The notes under the pieces: model-generated
Told to the model about the DNA's origin: nothing
The model's database searches: none
The model's input: only the letters and a program-made list of their open reading frames with translations
Assembly (NCBI GenBank): GCA_050999445.1
Contig: JBPCPG010000275.1
Span: 1-62,821, forward strand
Direction of reading: 5' to 3'
DNA: 62,821 bases
Source of the DNA: Nakamurella sp.
GTDB lineage: Bacteria; Actinomycetota; Actinomycetes; Mycobacteriales; Nakamurellaceae
Made by a program: the position numbers and the translations under genes
Part shown: in pieces, positions 8,101 through 16,822 of the stretch
Layout: each line of letters opens with the position of its first letter
Numbering within the stretch: the stretch's first letter is position 1

Positions 8101-10477
8101 GTGACTTGTCCGGGGCGAAGTCGTCGGCGAACAGGATGCAATCCTTCGCGGCGTACAGCAGATCCCGTAATGCGTTGATCGTGGCTCCGGACCCGGACAT
8201 TGAGGCGCCAGGACGCTGCCGTTCCCAACGGGTCCCGAAGTGGTGCATCACCAGGGCCGCCAGACCCGACTTATAGGAGCCTGGGACTCCGAACAGCATG
8301 GTCACCGGCGATGTCCAGCCCAGCACGCTTCGATAGGCGGTCCCGGCCATCACCGCCCCGACGTGCGGGGACAGCCGGGTCATCAGGGCGCGGGAGTGAT
8401 CGTCGAAAGCTTGACGGATTCGGTGCGGATCCAACTCGGGTGCGCAAAGCTCGACCCGCTTGATGGTGGAGGGCAATCGGACAGAAAGCGGGATCTGTCC
8501 GGTGCTGCAGACGCCGCCGCCGGCGTGTACGTACGTCCAGCCGTGTTCGGGCAGCTCCCGCCACCCGGTCGACCGGTACCGCACCACCGTGGACGAAGTG
8601 TTTTTCGAGGTGAATCGGATGGCGTCCCAGATCTTCGCCCGGCCGCGTGGGGATGAGTCGTACTGGATGCCCATCTCGGGCACATTGGCCAGCCAGTCCC
8701 CCATGCGCACCCGGTCCTCGGCGACCCGCATCGTGATCGTCTCGCCGGTCTCGGGGTGGGTGTAGGCCAGGACCCGGGCCAGCACGATCGGCTCGGGCTG
8801 GTGGTCGAGGAACTCGCCGTCTTCCACCTCGATCTCGGCGACCTCGGTCTGGATGACCCGCGCGTCCAAGCTCAGGACGCCGTGCAGTTTGAGGTTGCCG
8901 TTGCGATCGGGTCGGTGCTCCACGATGACGCCGTCGGGAAGACGTTCGTAGCGGGTCCAGATGACCGGGCTGCCGGGCTGCCGGGTGCCACCACCACCGC
9001 CGTTGCCGCTGCGATCAGGGAACGGGACGACGTTGGCCGGTGGGTGGGGGTCGACAGTTGGGGGGGACGGCGTATCGGCCGGCGCCGCCCGCAACAGCAC
9101 GTCGGAGACGGCCTGCGGCATGGGAATGCCGCAGGCCTCCCATGCCTCCAGAGCGATCCGCTGGGCCGCTCGGAATGCACCGTCGGCGCGGGCGGCGGCG
9201 GAGGAGGCATCGGCGGGTAGTGCGGGGATGGGCGCGGCGGTGGCCAGTTGCTCAAGAACCGTGGGTACAGCGGCCGCGGCAGAGTCGGCCGCGGCCGCCG
9301 CGGCCTTGGCGTTGCGGACTGCCTCGTACGCCCAACGTACGGCGAACCGCTGTTCCTCCTGGGCGGTTTTGGGTGCCTTCGGCTGTGCATTCCGGGCCCG
9401 TTCGAGCCGGGCCAGCACCTCGTCGTGGTCGATTTGAGCCTGCCGGACGTTCCGTTCGGCGCGTTCGGCCAGGGCGTCCACGGCGGCGGCCGATACGAGG
9501 GCCTCAGCCGCTGCCAGGGGCAGCGGCACGAAGTCCGCTAGCTCGAATCCCGCGGTGACGTGGTCGTGCGCGTCGGCTTTTGGCTCGTCCACGGCGGGCA
9601 GAACGATCCGGGTGGACGAGGCCACCCCGACCAGGCTGTTGGACAGTTTGACCGCGCGTCGGTAGCCCGCGGCGTCGCGGTCGATGACCAGGACGACGTC
9701 TGCGCCGCGCAGCTGCTCGAGCTGCTCCTGGGCGATGCCAGCAGCACCGTTGTTGTTCGTGGTGGCGATGCCCAGGGTGCCACCGGGACCGATTCCACGG
9801 AGAAGCCGGTTCAGGGCGAGGTCGTCTTTTTCCCCTTCGGCGAGCCACACCGGCAGACCAGTGGCGATGGCCTCGATGACCGCGGGCAGGTGACGTAGGA
9901 TGCGCCGCTGACCCAGTCGGGGTATCCAGCCGCCGCGGCCGTCAGGCCGGCGCTGATCGAACCGCTTGTCCGTGCGGCCGTCGAGGTGGGTGCCCGTCTC
10001 TCGCATCACCTGGTACAGCAGGGCGCCGTCTGCGTCGACGTAGTCGTAGGTCTGCGTCAGCTCCCAGGACCAGCCCTGCTCGTCGGCCGGTGATGCGTCG
10101 AGGATCAACCGGTGGGGAATGGGTCCGAGCCGGTTGCCCGGCTTGGCGATGCTGGTGCGACGCGGGTGGGCATCGCCTGTACTGCGGGGAGGGAGAGGCT
10201 GGTCGAACCGGTCAGATAGCCCCAGCCCCAGCGCCTCAAGGATTTCCAGTTCCATCCCGTCTCCGCAAGAGCCGCAGCGCAGCCGTGTCATCCCGCCGCG
10301 CTCGTTCTTCCAGTCGACGGACAGGCTGGGCTTGCGGTCTTCGTGCAGGGGGCAGCGGGCCTGAATATGACCGCTGCCGCTGACCTTGGGATGGCGGTCG
10401 TTGGCTTCGAGGGCGCCGAGGACTCTGTCCAGGGACGACCGTGGTGATCCTGAGCGGATCGGATCTGGGCTGCTCAT
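5174..10477 (-). CDS. tap: Fusion of DnaG-type primase (Zn finger + TOPRIM), P-loop helicase and Tap-like telomere-associated polymerase
   Basis: CPLHEDRKPSLSV..CGSC; LAEGEKD and DRDAAG (TOPRIM); GVPGSYKS and ILFADD (Walker A/B); C-terminal FDANAMYLAA, WYTTP, LYRPDWR, PVAISTDEV and LGGALGQFK as in Tap. ATG at 10477 with RBS. Confidence 0.85.
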   Translation of the reverse strand: MSSPDPIRSGSPRSSLDRVLGALEANDRHPKVSGSGHIQARCPLHEDRKPSLSVDWKNERGGMTRLRCGSCGDGMELEILEALGLGLSDRFDQPLPPRSTGDAHPRRTSIAKPGNRLGPIPHRLILDASPADEQGWSWELTQTYDYVDADGALLYQVMRETGTHLDGRTDKRFDQRRPDGRGGWIPRLGQRRILRHLPAVIEAIATGLPVWLAEGEKDDLALNRLLRGIGPGGTLGIATTNNNGAAGIAQEQLEQLRGADVVLVIDRDAAGYRRAVKLSNSLVGVASSTRIVLPAVDEPKADAHDHVTAGFELADFVPLPLAAAEALVSAAAVDALAERAERNVRQAQIDHDEVLARLERARNAQPKAPKTAQEEQRFAVRWAYEAVRNAKAAAAAADSAAAAVPTVLEQLATAAPIPALPADASSAAARADGAFRAAQRIALEAWEACGIPMPQAVSDVLLRAAPADTPSPPTVDPHPPANVVPFPDRSGNGGGGGTRQPGSPVIWTRYERLPDGVIVEHRPDRNGNLKLHGVLSLDARVIQTEVAEIEVEDGEFLDHQPEPIVLARVLAYTHPETGETITMRVAEDRVRMGDWLANVPEMGIQYDSSPRGRAKIWDAIRFTSKNTSSTVVRYRSTGWRELPEHGWTYVHAGGGVCSTGQIPLSVRLPSTIKRVELCAPELDPHRIRQAFDDHSRALMTRLSPHVGAVMAGTAYRSVLGWTSPVTMLFGVPGSYKSGLAALVMHHFGTRWERQRPGASMSGSGATINALRDLLYAAKDCILFADDFAPDKSPEKAAVFLAEVGRLQANAERRDRHDNQTDDVKDAAKFARGTLLATSEVKASNVSAQERINVVDLAKGELDLSTIIDMSRPESRYGRNLVMSSMVAWMAQDLPGHKEWATARVAELSEEHRAAGFADRVAEPLAELAVGWELMAKFLTAVGAYSDAEATQMLSEVREALREAGRRGIDPDSPSSVAEICKTALVSALSTGRIHLSLPQGLTPSYPRALQVGWRRVDTGVDHKTGEEFFRCEARGEWAGVMVQTGHGHRMHMDPSATVAAILGVLSREGSPLMAGRTVIQRGLADAGYLRTEQGRYTAVVPDPHTGEGQRRMWDLDADAIFGIDPPTPVTPEPTPPEPQPDTTSGFAEPDQTDEPPAVDEQPLEADETRPDPDSSSADEEADVQVNPATGQIDTTVLATDMPCTACGEPTIFSYDGIPLHPCCELPAEPITLSQPAHPQDIAAAPVPAAGPAAVQASPPTPAPISVQSPSTATADGERWAAAAAVVTEDELVMPDGTRVYLDPATITGLADLADLAATLRIGHGGSTHVLPSPGQLLITIDGLSRFGITLPEVAADADMETISTAVSEAGAGAAQAAIAAGWNISVDGRLRIWTRIWRTKTDEHPAASFQLVLLPLARLFDTSEVLTHGQPGPDELARRAQSIADTLGITWGASGGATGLALLQALRSAPRALSATTYVAPPAALKDPGRVPSSALLWCRSPEIEESRRGYIHAFDANAMYLAALGAVEVGVGDPTHHKQGAAFDKKIAGLWRITPGEHDDRRLPDICRPGGSLAGTTGWYTTPVIRYLYDIGYDPKILEAFIWPATTRRYFSRWYETIRDGRAAAMDAIAAGDPNGEALLRAIKVTYTAMTGRFARAEDGQAKSPLYRPDWRLAVIGTANANLLRKIRSAGQTCDMWPVAISTDEVFYLSDDPHPDTALPTPLKLGGALGQFKVSRTAPLTDQIREALASGRLAKVLPLVPKAEQP

Positions 10478-10530
10478 CTGCTTGTCGCGACCTCCCTTCC
10501 CATGCTGTGTGCAACTTCTGTTCGTCCGGG

Positions 10531-10956
10531 CTAACGGGCAGAGGTCACCGCGGCTCGGGTTACGGGCGCTCGGCGGCCGGCGCGCAGCAGCGCGGCGGCC
10601 GAGTCGACGGCGCTGCGGAACTGCGGGTCGGTGAGCCACAGATCCAGCGCGGCGCGGATTCTGTCGATGGTGGTGATGCCGTCGGCGTTGCGGGCCACCG
10701 CCAGCGCCCGGGGCAGCTCCGGGCTGGGAAAACGGACGCCCACCTTCACGTCGGGTTGGGCCGGATCGCGGGGGACATTGCAGAGCTGCCCGGAGTGCCC
10801 ATCGATGCGGCTGCGATAGGTGTCGTCAGCCGCCCACAACTGGACGATGGCCCGCAGGCGATCAGTGGCCGGGATCTTGTCGTCGGCGCGGGCGATGGCC
10901 AGTTTGCGGTGGTGGTCCTGGGTGAGCTGCCAGGTCAGCGTGGGTGTGGTGGTCAT
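10531..10956 (-). CDS. Small protein with an internal duplication, possibly tandem RHH DNA-binding protein
   Basis: Repeats LAIARADDKIPATDRLRAIVQLW and LAVARNADGITTIDRIRAALDLW; RBS GAGGAGG. Confidence 0.65.
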   Translation of the reverse strand: MTTTPTLTWQLTQDHHRKLAIARADDKIPATDRLRAIVQLWAADDTYRSRIDGHSGQLCNVPRDPAQPDVKVGVRFPSPELPRALAVARNADGITTIDRIRAALDLWLTDPQFRSAVDSAAALLRAGRRAPVTRAAVTSAR

Positions 10957-11292
10957 GGCGGTGGTCCTCCTCGGGTCAGCATCGGGTGAGGCGTTGTGCA
11001 CGCCCCACCCTGGACCACACTCCGACCCCATGCTTAACCAGGTATACGGATATCCGTATTACCGGGAATACGTGGAGCCGGATTCGAGGGTTTTTCATCA
11101 TGACCTGCGTGTGCCTACTACCGGTGGCGCAACAACAGACGCATAATGAGGAAGCGGCGCGCGCGGTTCAAGAGCAGCACAAGCCGTTCAGGAGCAGTAC
11201 AAGTTGACGAGGCGCTCGTAGGTGCTGAGTCGGTCTCACGAATCCCCCCCCCGCGGCGTCCAAACCTGGTGGGGGTTTTCGTGTATTCGGGG

Positions 11293-11583
11293 TCAGGCGC
11301 TGATGGGCAGCTCCTGCTGAACTTCGGGTGCCGGCCGGGCCACGGGTACGGGAGCGGGCAGCTCATAGTCGTGCGAGCGCGCCAGGCACACCGTCACGTA
11401 GTCACTGAGGCAATACCCGGCGGCGGCGGCCGCCCGAGTCAGCTGTTCGACGAAGTCGACCGGTGACCGCACGATCATCGTCTTTCGATTGCCCTTCGGT
11501 TTCCGTCCGAGCCGACCGTGGGTGACGTGACCGCCGGGACCGGGAGTAGCCGGCGAAGGGCCGGCGGGAAGTGTCGAGGTCAT
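11293..11583 (-). CDS. Ribbon-helix-helix-like DNA-binding protein
   Basis: GRKPKGNRKTMIVRSPVDFVEQLTRAAAAAGYCLSDYV. Confidence 0.6.
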   Translation of the reverse strand: MTSTLPAGPSPATPGPGGHVTHGRLGRKPKGNRKTMIVRSPVDFVEQLTRAAAAAGYCLSDYVTVCLARSHDYELPAPVPVARPAPEVQQELPISA

Positions 11584-11639
11584 GAGGCCCATCAGACCAG
11601 ATGCAGCGGTAGAACACGCCGCGACACGCCCCCATCACC

Positions 11640-11849
11640 CTAGATTCTGAATCCAGGGTCGCTCGGGAATGGTGTGGGTAAGGCATGCCAAGTCCGGTGC
11701 AGTTCGCGCAGGTAGGTCCGGGCAAGGGCGCCGCTGTTGGGAATGTGCAGACCGTGTCCGGTGGCCCATTCGATCAACGCCTGATCGGACAGTTCGACGG
11801 TGGTGGTGTCTGCGGTGGTGCCGGGCTGGGTGCAGGGGATGTTCATCAT
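11640..11849 (-). CDS. Hypothetical protein
   Basis: Short ORF in a co-oriented cluster, with an RBS-like GAAGGA. Confidence 0.45.
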   Translation of the reverse strand: MMNIPCTQPGTTADTTTVELSDQALIEWATGHGLHIPNSGALARTYLRELHRTWHALPTPFPSDPGFRI

Positions 11850-11900
11850 GGCGTCCTTCACAGGGGGCTGTAGTCAGCGATTCGGAACAGAACCGTGATT

Positions 11901-12254
11901 TCAGGCGGCTTGGGTCGCGGCACGCTCTGCGGCATTGCGTCGCTGCGCGTGCAGGGTTCGCAGGCTGCTCAGCCCCAGAGTTTGCCCGGCGTCGGAGAAG
12001 GCCAAGCCGGCCCAGATGACGCCGTTGGGGCTTTGGCTCTTCAGTTGCCGCCGCGCTCCCGGATAGTCCTGGACGAGCTGCTGGTAGCACATCAGCCGGA
12101 CCGGGCACGAGCCACAAATTTCGATGGCCCGGGCCCATGCCGGGCCATCGCCGATGTCCAGGTCCCATGAGGCGTGCGGTTGAGCTTGATCGGCCGAGGT
12201 GAAAAGCATCGAGGCGCACGGGGTCTGTCGGGTCTGGGTGTCGGCGTCGGACAT
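11901..12254 (-). CDS. WhiB-like Fe-S transcriptional regulator
   Basis: C...ICGSCPVRLMC...GVIWAG. Confidence 0.7.
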   Translation of the reverse strand: MSDADTQTRQTPCASMLFTSADQAQPHASWDLDIGDGPAWARAIEICGSCPVRLMCYQQLVQDYPGARRQLKSQSPNGVIWAGLAFSDAGQTLGLSSLRTLHAQRRNAAERAATQAA

Positions 12255-12321
12255 GGTGGTTCCCCCTTGGACGGGGCCCTTCTGCGGGCTAGGTCGAATT
12301 GCCCTAACCGTCCACACCGGC

Positions 12322-12396
12322 GACGTTGCGACGTTGCTCTCGCGGGCCCCGACGTTGCGGGGCTTCTGCCGACGAGGGAGGACCGCAACGTTGCGG
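12322..12396. repeat. GACGTTGC 8-bp direct repeats plus palindrome CCGCAACGTTGCGG
   Basis: Copies at 12322, 12330 and 12351; perfect 14-bp palindrome at 12383-12396. Confidence 0.7.
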
Positions 12397-12431
12397 CCTT
12401 TGTGTTCTTCCAGGTCAAAGTGGTCTGCGCA

Positions 12432-13304
12432 TCAGCGCCGGCGGGAGTCTTTCTCCGGATCGGCCGACCCGAATAGGACGTCGGGTAACCGCCAGATCAA
12501 CTCCGGTTCGCTCTGGTCCCACCAGGTGTCCACGACGCCGGCGACCCGGTCGATGCCTTGAGGGGTGACGATCAGGGTCGTATCGATGAGCCAGGCCGCG
12601 GCCAGGATTCGACCGGGATTGCCAGCGGTGCTCAAGACATCGGTAGTTACCTGTGCCCGCAGTCGCAACGTTGCCTCGGAGGCGTCCAAACTGCCCAGCG
12701 GCGGCCCCTGCGGTTCCAGACGGGAGCGCCAACCCATCGCTTTCAGTCGGGTATCAGCCGGCGGCCGACGGTGATCGGCGACGTCGACCAGGTGCCCACG
12801 GTGATCGGATAGAACTGTGGAGAGGTCGGTCAGCAGCTGGGAGGCTGCGCTCGACGAGCTGGAGCCGGCTCTCCCCAGGTGCGGCCGCTCGGCTGGTGGC
12901 ACGTAGGTCGACACGGCCTGGTCGGGGCGAGGGCCTACAAAGTCAGCGACGCCGCACAGCTTGGACATCAGCCGCGTGGCATAGACCAAGCGATCGGATT
13001 CCCGGGCGCCGACGGCACGCTGCACCTCTGACCACAGCGAGTCGGCAATGGACAAAAATCGCTGCAGAGCCCGGTCCGGCGTGGCGTAGCTGTTCACCCT
13101 GACCCGTGCCAGCCACACGCTGCCCTCGTCGACCAGGTCCTCCGCGGCCGGCCAGTCACGAGCTCGTGTGGCGGGCGCGACGGTGCGCATCGCCCAGCCG
13201 AGCAGCTCGAGCTCGACAGGGCGGACCTTGCCTGCAGGCATGGCGGCGGGCCAGCCCTGCTCGGCCCATTGGGCTTCGGGAGCGAGCGCCTGGATGAACA
13301 GCAC
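12432..13304 (-). CDS. Hypothetical protein
   Basis: 290-aa ORF between the two WhiB-like genes; start uncertain. Confidence 0.55.
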   Translation of the reverse strand: MLFIQALAPEAQWAEQGWPAAMPAGKVRPVELELLGWAMRTVAPATRARDWPAAEDLVDEGSVWLARVRVNSYATPDRALQRFLSIADSLWSEVQRAVGARESDRLVYATRLMSKLCGVADFVGPRPDQAVSTYVPPAERPHLGRAGSSSSSAASQLLTDLSTVLSDHRGHLVDVADHRRPPADTRLKAMGWRSRLEPQGPPLGSLDASEATLRLRAQVTTDVLSTAGNPGRILAAAWLIDTTLIVTPQGIDRVAGVVDTWWDQSEPELIWRLPDVLFGSADPEKDSRRR

Positions 13305-13340
13305 CCGTGGACGGTAGCGGAGCGTGGGCGGGGGTGCCGA

Positions 13341-13691
13341 TCAGCCTGCGGCTTGCTCGCCCTCGGCCAGGTTCCGTCGTTGCCGCGCTTCGCGCCGTGC
13401 TGTGAGCGTGGCCCGCAGACGCAGGTCCTGAACGGTCATCGGATTACCGAGCCTGTTGTAGGCGACACCGGCCCAGATGACGTCCTGCGGGTTGGAGTTC
13501 TGCAGTCGGCGGTGGTCGGCGCGTTCCTCGGTGCACCATCCGATGAAGGGGCAGTCGTTGCAGATCTGCAGGGCACGGAGCCAGCTGGTGCCATCACCGA
13601 CATTGAGGTCCCACGAGGCGTGTGGGAGCTGCCCGGTCCGTAGTACGTAAAGGCTCGCCCGCGTACAGGGCGGTAGGTCTGCTTCGCTCAT
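13341..13691 (-). CDS. WhiB-like Fe-S transcriptional regulator (paralogue of 11901..12254)
   Basis: C...PHASWDL..ICNDCPFIGWC...DVIWAG. Confidence 0.7.
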   Translation of the reverse strand: MSEADLPPCTRASLYVLRTGQLPHASWDLNVGDGTSWLRALQICNDCPFIGWCTEERADHRRLQNSNPQDVIWAGVAYNRLGNPMTVQDLRLRATLTARREARQRRNLAEGEQAAG

Positions 13692-13766
13692 GCCCTACCT
13701 CTCAATGCCGTATCGCCGGGTATCTGTTAATACGGTAAACCGGGGATACGGTTTTTGCAAGGAAAT

Positions 13767-16010
13767 TCAGGGGGATGCGGCCGGGATCTCTTCGTCGGAG
13801 CCGAACGAGGTCACTCCGATCTGACCGGCGTTGGTTTCACCATCGAGGACCTGGTAGGTCAGCTGGATCTCCGTCTCGGAGTACGGGTCATCCTCGAGCT
13901 CTTGGATTACTGCTCGGCTGTTGGTGCCGTCGATGTCGATGAGCACTTCCTGTCCAACTTCCAGGCGGGATGCCTTGCACAGCTCGAGGCCCGAGGTGTC
14001 GAAGTTGGCGACGCCCCGGTCCACGCTGGCGTCCTCGGATTCGTCGACCAGCCGCTCGGCCCGTGCCAGCTCGCGCGCAACGTTGCGGAGGGCCTTGTCG
14101 TCCTGCACCGTCGCGGCCTCGACCTGGTCGTTCCACAAGGCGGACCGCTCGGCGATCAGCGGGCGGATCGCTTTCAGGAACTCGTTGTCGGCGGCGGAAA
14201 GCTTGCCCAGGATGGCATCACCGGGATCGGGCACCCAGAACGTCTGGATTGTCTGCGGGCCTTGCCCGACGTCGACAGTGGCTCGACCACGTACCCGGGT
14301 GAAGATCCTGTCCCCGGTCGCCGGGTCGATGCCGTGATCGAAGGCCCGTTGTTGGACGCTGCGGGTGCCGAACACCATCTCCAGCGCCGCTCCCTCCAGG
14401 TGTCCCAGCCCGACCCGGGTGGTCAGGTTGGACCGGGCCTCACCAGGAATGAAGGAGACGTCCGGTCGTTGGGTGGCGGCTACCACCAAGTCCTTGGACT
14501 GGCGACCAAGCCGCAGCCCGGACCAGATCTTCTTCAGCTCGGGGTTCTTGGTGCCCTTGGGTTTGATGACCGAGTCCGGATCCTCACCCAGGGCGGCGGC
14601 CTTGGCCATCAGATCTGCGAGCTTGTCCTCGGAGGTGTGGTATTCGGTGAGCCGCTCGACCAGTTCGCCGGTCTCGTCGACGATCATCAGCACCGGCGGG
14701 AGATCGTCCTCGGAGACGTGGAAGCCTTTGATCGCGGCGTAGCGGTTGCGCATGTTGGCGTAGAACCACTTGATGGCGTCTTCGGTCTCGTCGTCGCTGG
14801 TTGCCACCGCTTCGATGCCACCCCACACCGGCAGGCCCCGTCCGCGCAGCGAGTTGGGGTCGAAGCCGCGGAAGCTCAGTTCCTTGGGGTCCAGCAGCAG
14901 CACGATCCAGCCCCTCATCAGACAGCTGATGATCAGGCTGAACAGGAAGATTGTTTTGCCGGTGCCGGTGGGACCGACGACCAGCATGTGCGGTAGCACC
15001 TTCGGGTTCCAGTAGATGAGTTTGCCGCCGTCGCCCACGCCGAGGGGGATGAGCATCTGGTCGTCCCGGCCGGGTATCAAGTCCACCGGGTACGGCGCCC
15101 GGGTGGGCAGCGGTGCCGCCGGGGTGATGGTGACCTGGTTCTTCGTGGTGTCCCAGCGGACCTGCCAGTACCCGGTGGCGGCCGGCGCCTTCTTGTCCAG
15201 CACCGTTTGCACCCGTTGCCGGAAACTGTCGCCGATGTCTCGGGTGGTCATCGTGTAGCTGGCGACCAGCTGTTGGACAGAACCGTCGTCCGCAACGGCG
15301 GTCAGACGCTGGTCGACAAAGACGTCGCCGACGATGTGGCTCAGGGCGGCGACCAGCTTCTTCAACTCGTCATGCTTGTCCTCCAGTCGCGGCGGGGTGA
15401 TCGGCTTCGGCGTCAGAACCACGCGGTCCTTGTCCTTGATCCAGCGGGCCGTGACGGGCGCCGTGAGGTACGGGGCGAGCGCTTTGGACAGGGCGTCGGT
15501 GTAATCGGACAGAACCGCCGTCGATGGGCGGTACTTCACCTCCATGCTCCGCAGCCCGGTTCCTCGATGCGCCCACCGGGTTCGCCGCAACGTCAGCTGA
15601 ATCGCGGGAACATGCAGCGTTGCGGAGGTCACCGCCAGCACCGATGCGCGCAGGCGTCGTCGGGGCTTGAGCAGGATCCGGCCGCTCACGCCCATCACCA
15701 CCAGCACCGCAGCGGTAGCGACCAACTCGGTTCCGATCCGCTGGGCGTGATCGGACAGAAATGTCTGGACACTGATGACCTGCGACCACGGGTGCGGGAT
15801 GTGGATGTACCGGTTCGCCGCTGCGACCCCGATGCAGAGCAGTCCGAGGAGGAACAGCCCGGTCGCCACCCATGGCCACCATTTCCTGCGCGATGGCAGC
15901 GGGGCGGCGGGCGCTCTGACGGCCGGTGCGGTGGGCTGTTCGGATGCGCGGCGCGGGAACGGCGGCGCGGTTTTGGGGGAGTTGTTGGGCGGGGCCACTG
16001 AAGAGCTCAT
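13767..16010 (-). CDS. FtsK/SpoIIIE-family DNA translocase / coupling protein (TraB/TcpA-like)
   Basis: Two N-terminal TM helices; PHMLVVGPTGTGKT, LDPK, VDETGEL, LGRQ and ATQRPD motifs; RBS AAAGGAG before ATG at 16010. Confidence 0.85.
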   Translation of the reverse strand: MSSSVAPPNNSPKTAPPFPRRASEQPTAPAVRAPAAPLPSRRKWWPWVATGLFLLGLLCIGVAAANRYIHIPHPWSQVISVQTFLSDHAQRIGTELVATAAVLVVMGVSGRILLKPRRRLRASVLAVTSATLHVPAIQLTLRRTRWAHRGTGLRSMEVKYRPSTAVLSDYTDALSKALAPYLTAPVTARWIKDKDRVVLTPKPITPPRLEDKHDELKKLVAALSHIVGDVFVDQRLTAVADDGSVQQLVASYTMTTRDIGDSFRQRVQTVLDKKAPAATGYWQVRWDTTKNQVTITPAAPLPTRAPYPVDLIPGRDDQMLIPLGVGDGGKLIYWNPKVLPHMLVVGPTGTGKTIFLFSLIISCLMRGWIVLLLDPKELSFRGFDPNSLRGRGLPVWGGIEAVATSDDETEDAIKWFYANMRNRYAAIKGFHVSEDDLPPVLMIVDETGELVERLTEYHTSEDKLADLMAKAAALGEDPDSVIKPKGTKNPELKKIWSGLRLGRQSKDLVVAATQRPDVSFIPGEARSNLTTRVGLGHLEGAALEMVFGTRSVQQRAFDHGIDPATGDRIFTRVRGRATVDVGQGPQTIQTFWVPDPGDAILGKLSAADNEFLKAIRPLIAERSALWNDQVEAATVQDDKALRNVARELARAERLVDESEDASVDRGVANFDTSGLELCKASRLEVGQEVLIDIDGTNSRAVIQELEDDPYSETEIQLTYQVLDGETNAGQIGVTSFGSDEEIPAASP

Positions 16011-16366
16011 GTGACGGGGGCTCCTTTCGGAGATTGTCGCGACAGCTGCGGCGGTAGCCGCGCTCACCTTGGAAGTTAGAAGGCGTACGGCCTTCCCGGC
16101 TTGCCGGGTATATGGCAATAGACGGATGCCGGATCGCTGTACTACTGGGCACCCGCATAGCCGTACTACCGGACACCCACTTGACAGGGTGGATACGCTC
16201 CGAACTGAACGACGTAGGAGAGAGGGATCGGAGCGAGTCCCCCCCGTACGGGGTTAGAAGAAGCCGCAACCTCCCGACGTTGCGAGCACCCGGATTACCG
16301 GCAAGCGGGCATTACCAGCGATGCAGGTGGTAGGTAATACGGTCTGCAGACGTGATGGAACAACGC

Positions 16367-16405
16367 AAAAGGGGCTGCTGCCGGGTGTCGGCAGCGGCCC
16401 CTTTT
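16367..16405. terminator. Intrinsic (bidirectional) terminator downstream of the par operon
   Basis: AAAAGGGGCTGCTGCCG-loop-CGGCAGCGGCCCCTTTT hairpin. Confidence 0.8.
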
Positions 16406-16435
16406 GTCGTGTTGGGTTTGAGCCGGAACGAATGG

Positions 16436-16822
16436 TCAGCCCGATTTGGGTCCGCGGCCCCGGCGGAGAGCTCGCGGGGGCGGGAACGGTTTCCCGTCGT
16501 TGAACTCCCGCTCGTAGCGCTCGACGATGACGGTGATCGCAGCTCGGACGATGTCGGTGGAGGAGTTGAACCCGTCGGGTGTCTCGTTCGTCTGTACGAA
16601 GGCTGTGACGCCGGCCAGTCGGGTGCTCAGGCTGGCCGGCAGGTTGACCGTCATCTTGAACGGTTTCTCGGCGAAGGTGGTTTCCCCTGGCCGAAGGATC
16701 TGCTCCTTCGCCGGTGCCGTCTCCGTTGGTTCCGTCGGCGGTGGGGTGCCTTCGGTGGCGGTGTCTGTCTGGAACGGATCGGCGCTGATCTTGATGCCCT
16801 TGCGGGGCGGTCGGGTACTCAT
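16436..16822 (-). CDS. Small centromere-binding partner of ParA (ParG/omega-like RHH)
   Basis: Coupled to parA; disordered N-terminus then KMTVNLPASL...STDIVRAAI; C-terminal LRRGR. Confidence 0.65.
   Translation of the reverse strand: MSTRPPRKGIKISADPFQTDTATEGTPPPTEPTETAPAKEQILRPGETTFAEKPFKMTVNLPASLSTRLAGVTAFVQTNETPDGFNSSTDIVRAAITVIVERYEREFNDGKPFPPPRALRRGRGPKSG

Noticed and set aside
8477-8502. Inverted pair CGGACAGA...TCTGTCCG as a terminator
   Set aside because: Inside the tap CDS with no U-tract; better seen as two variants of the dispersed motif
13755-14996. 413-aa plus-strand ORF and many other long antisense or alternate-frame ORFs
   Set aside because: Shadow ORFs of high-GC genes with no motifs; the other strand or frame holds clear families
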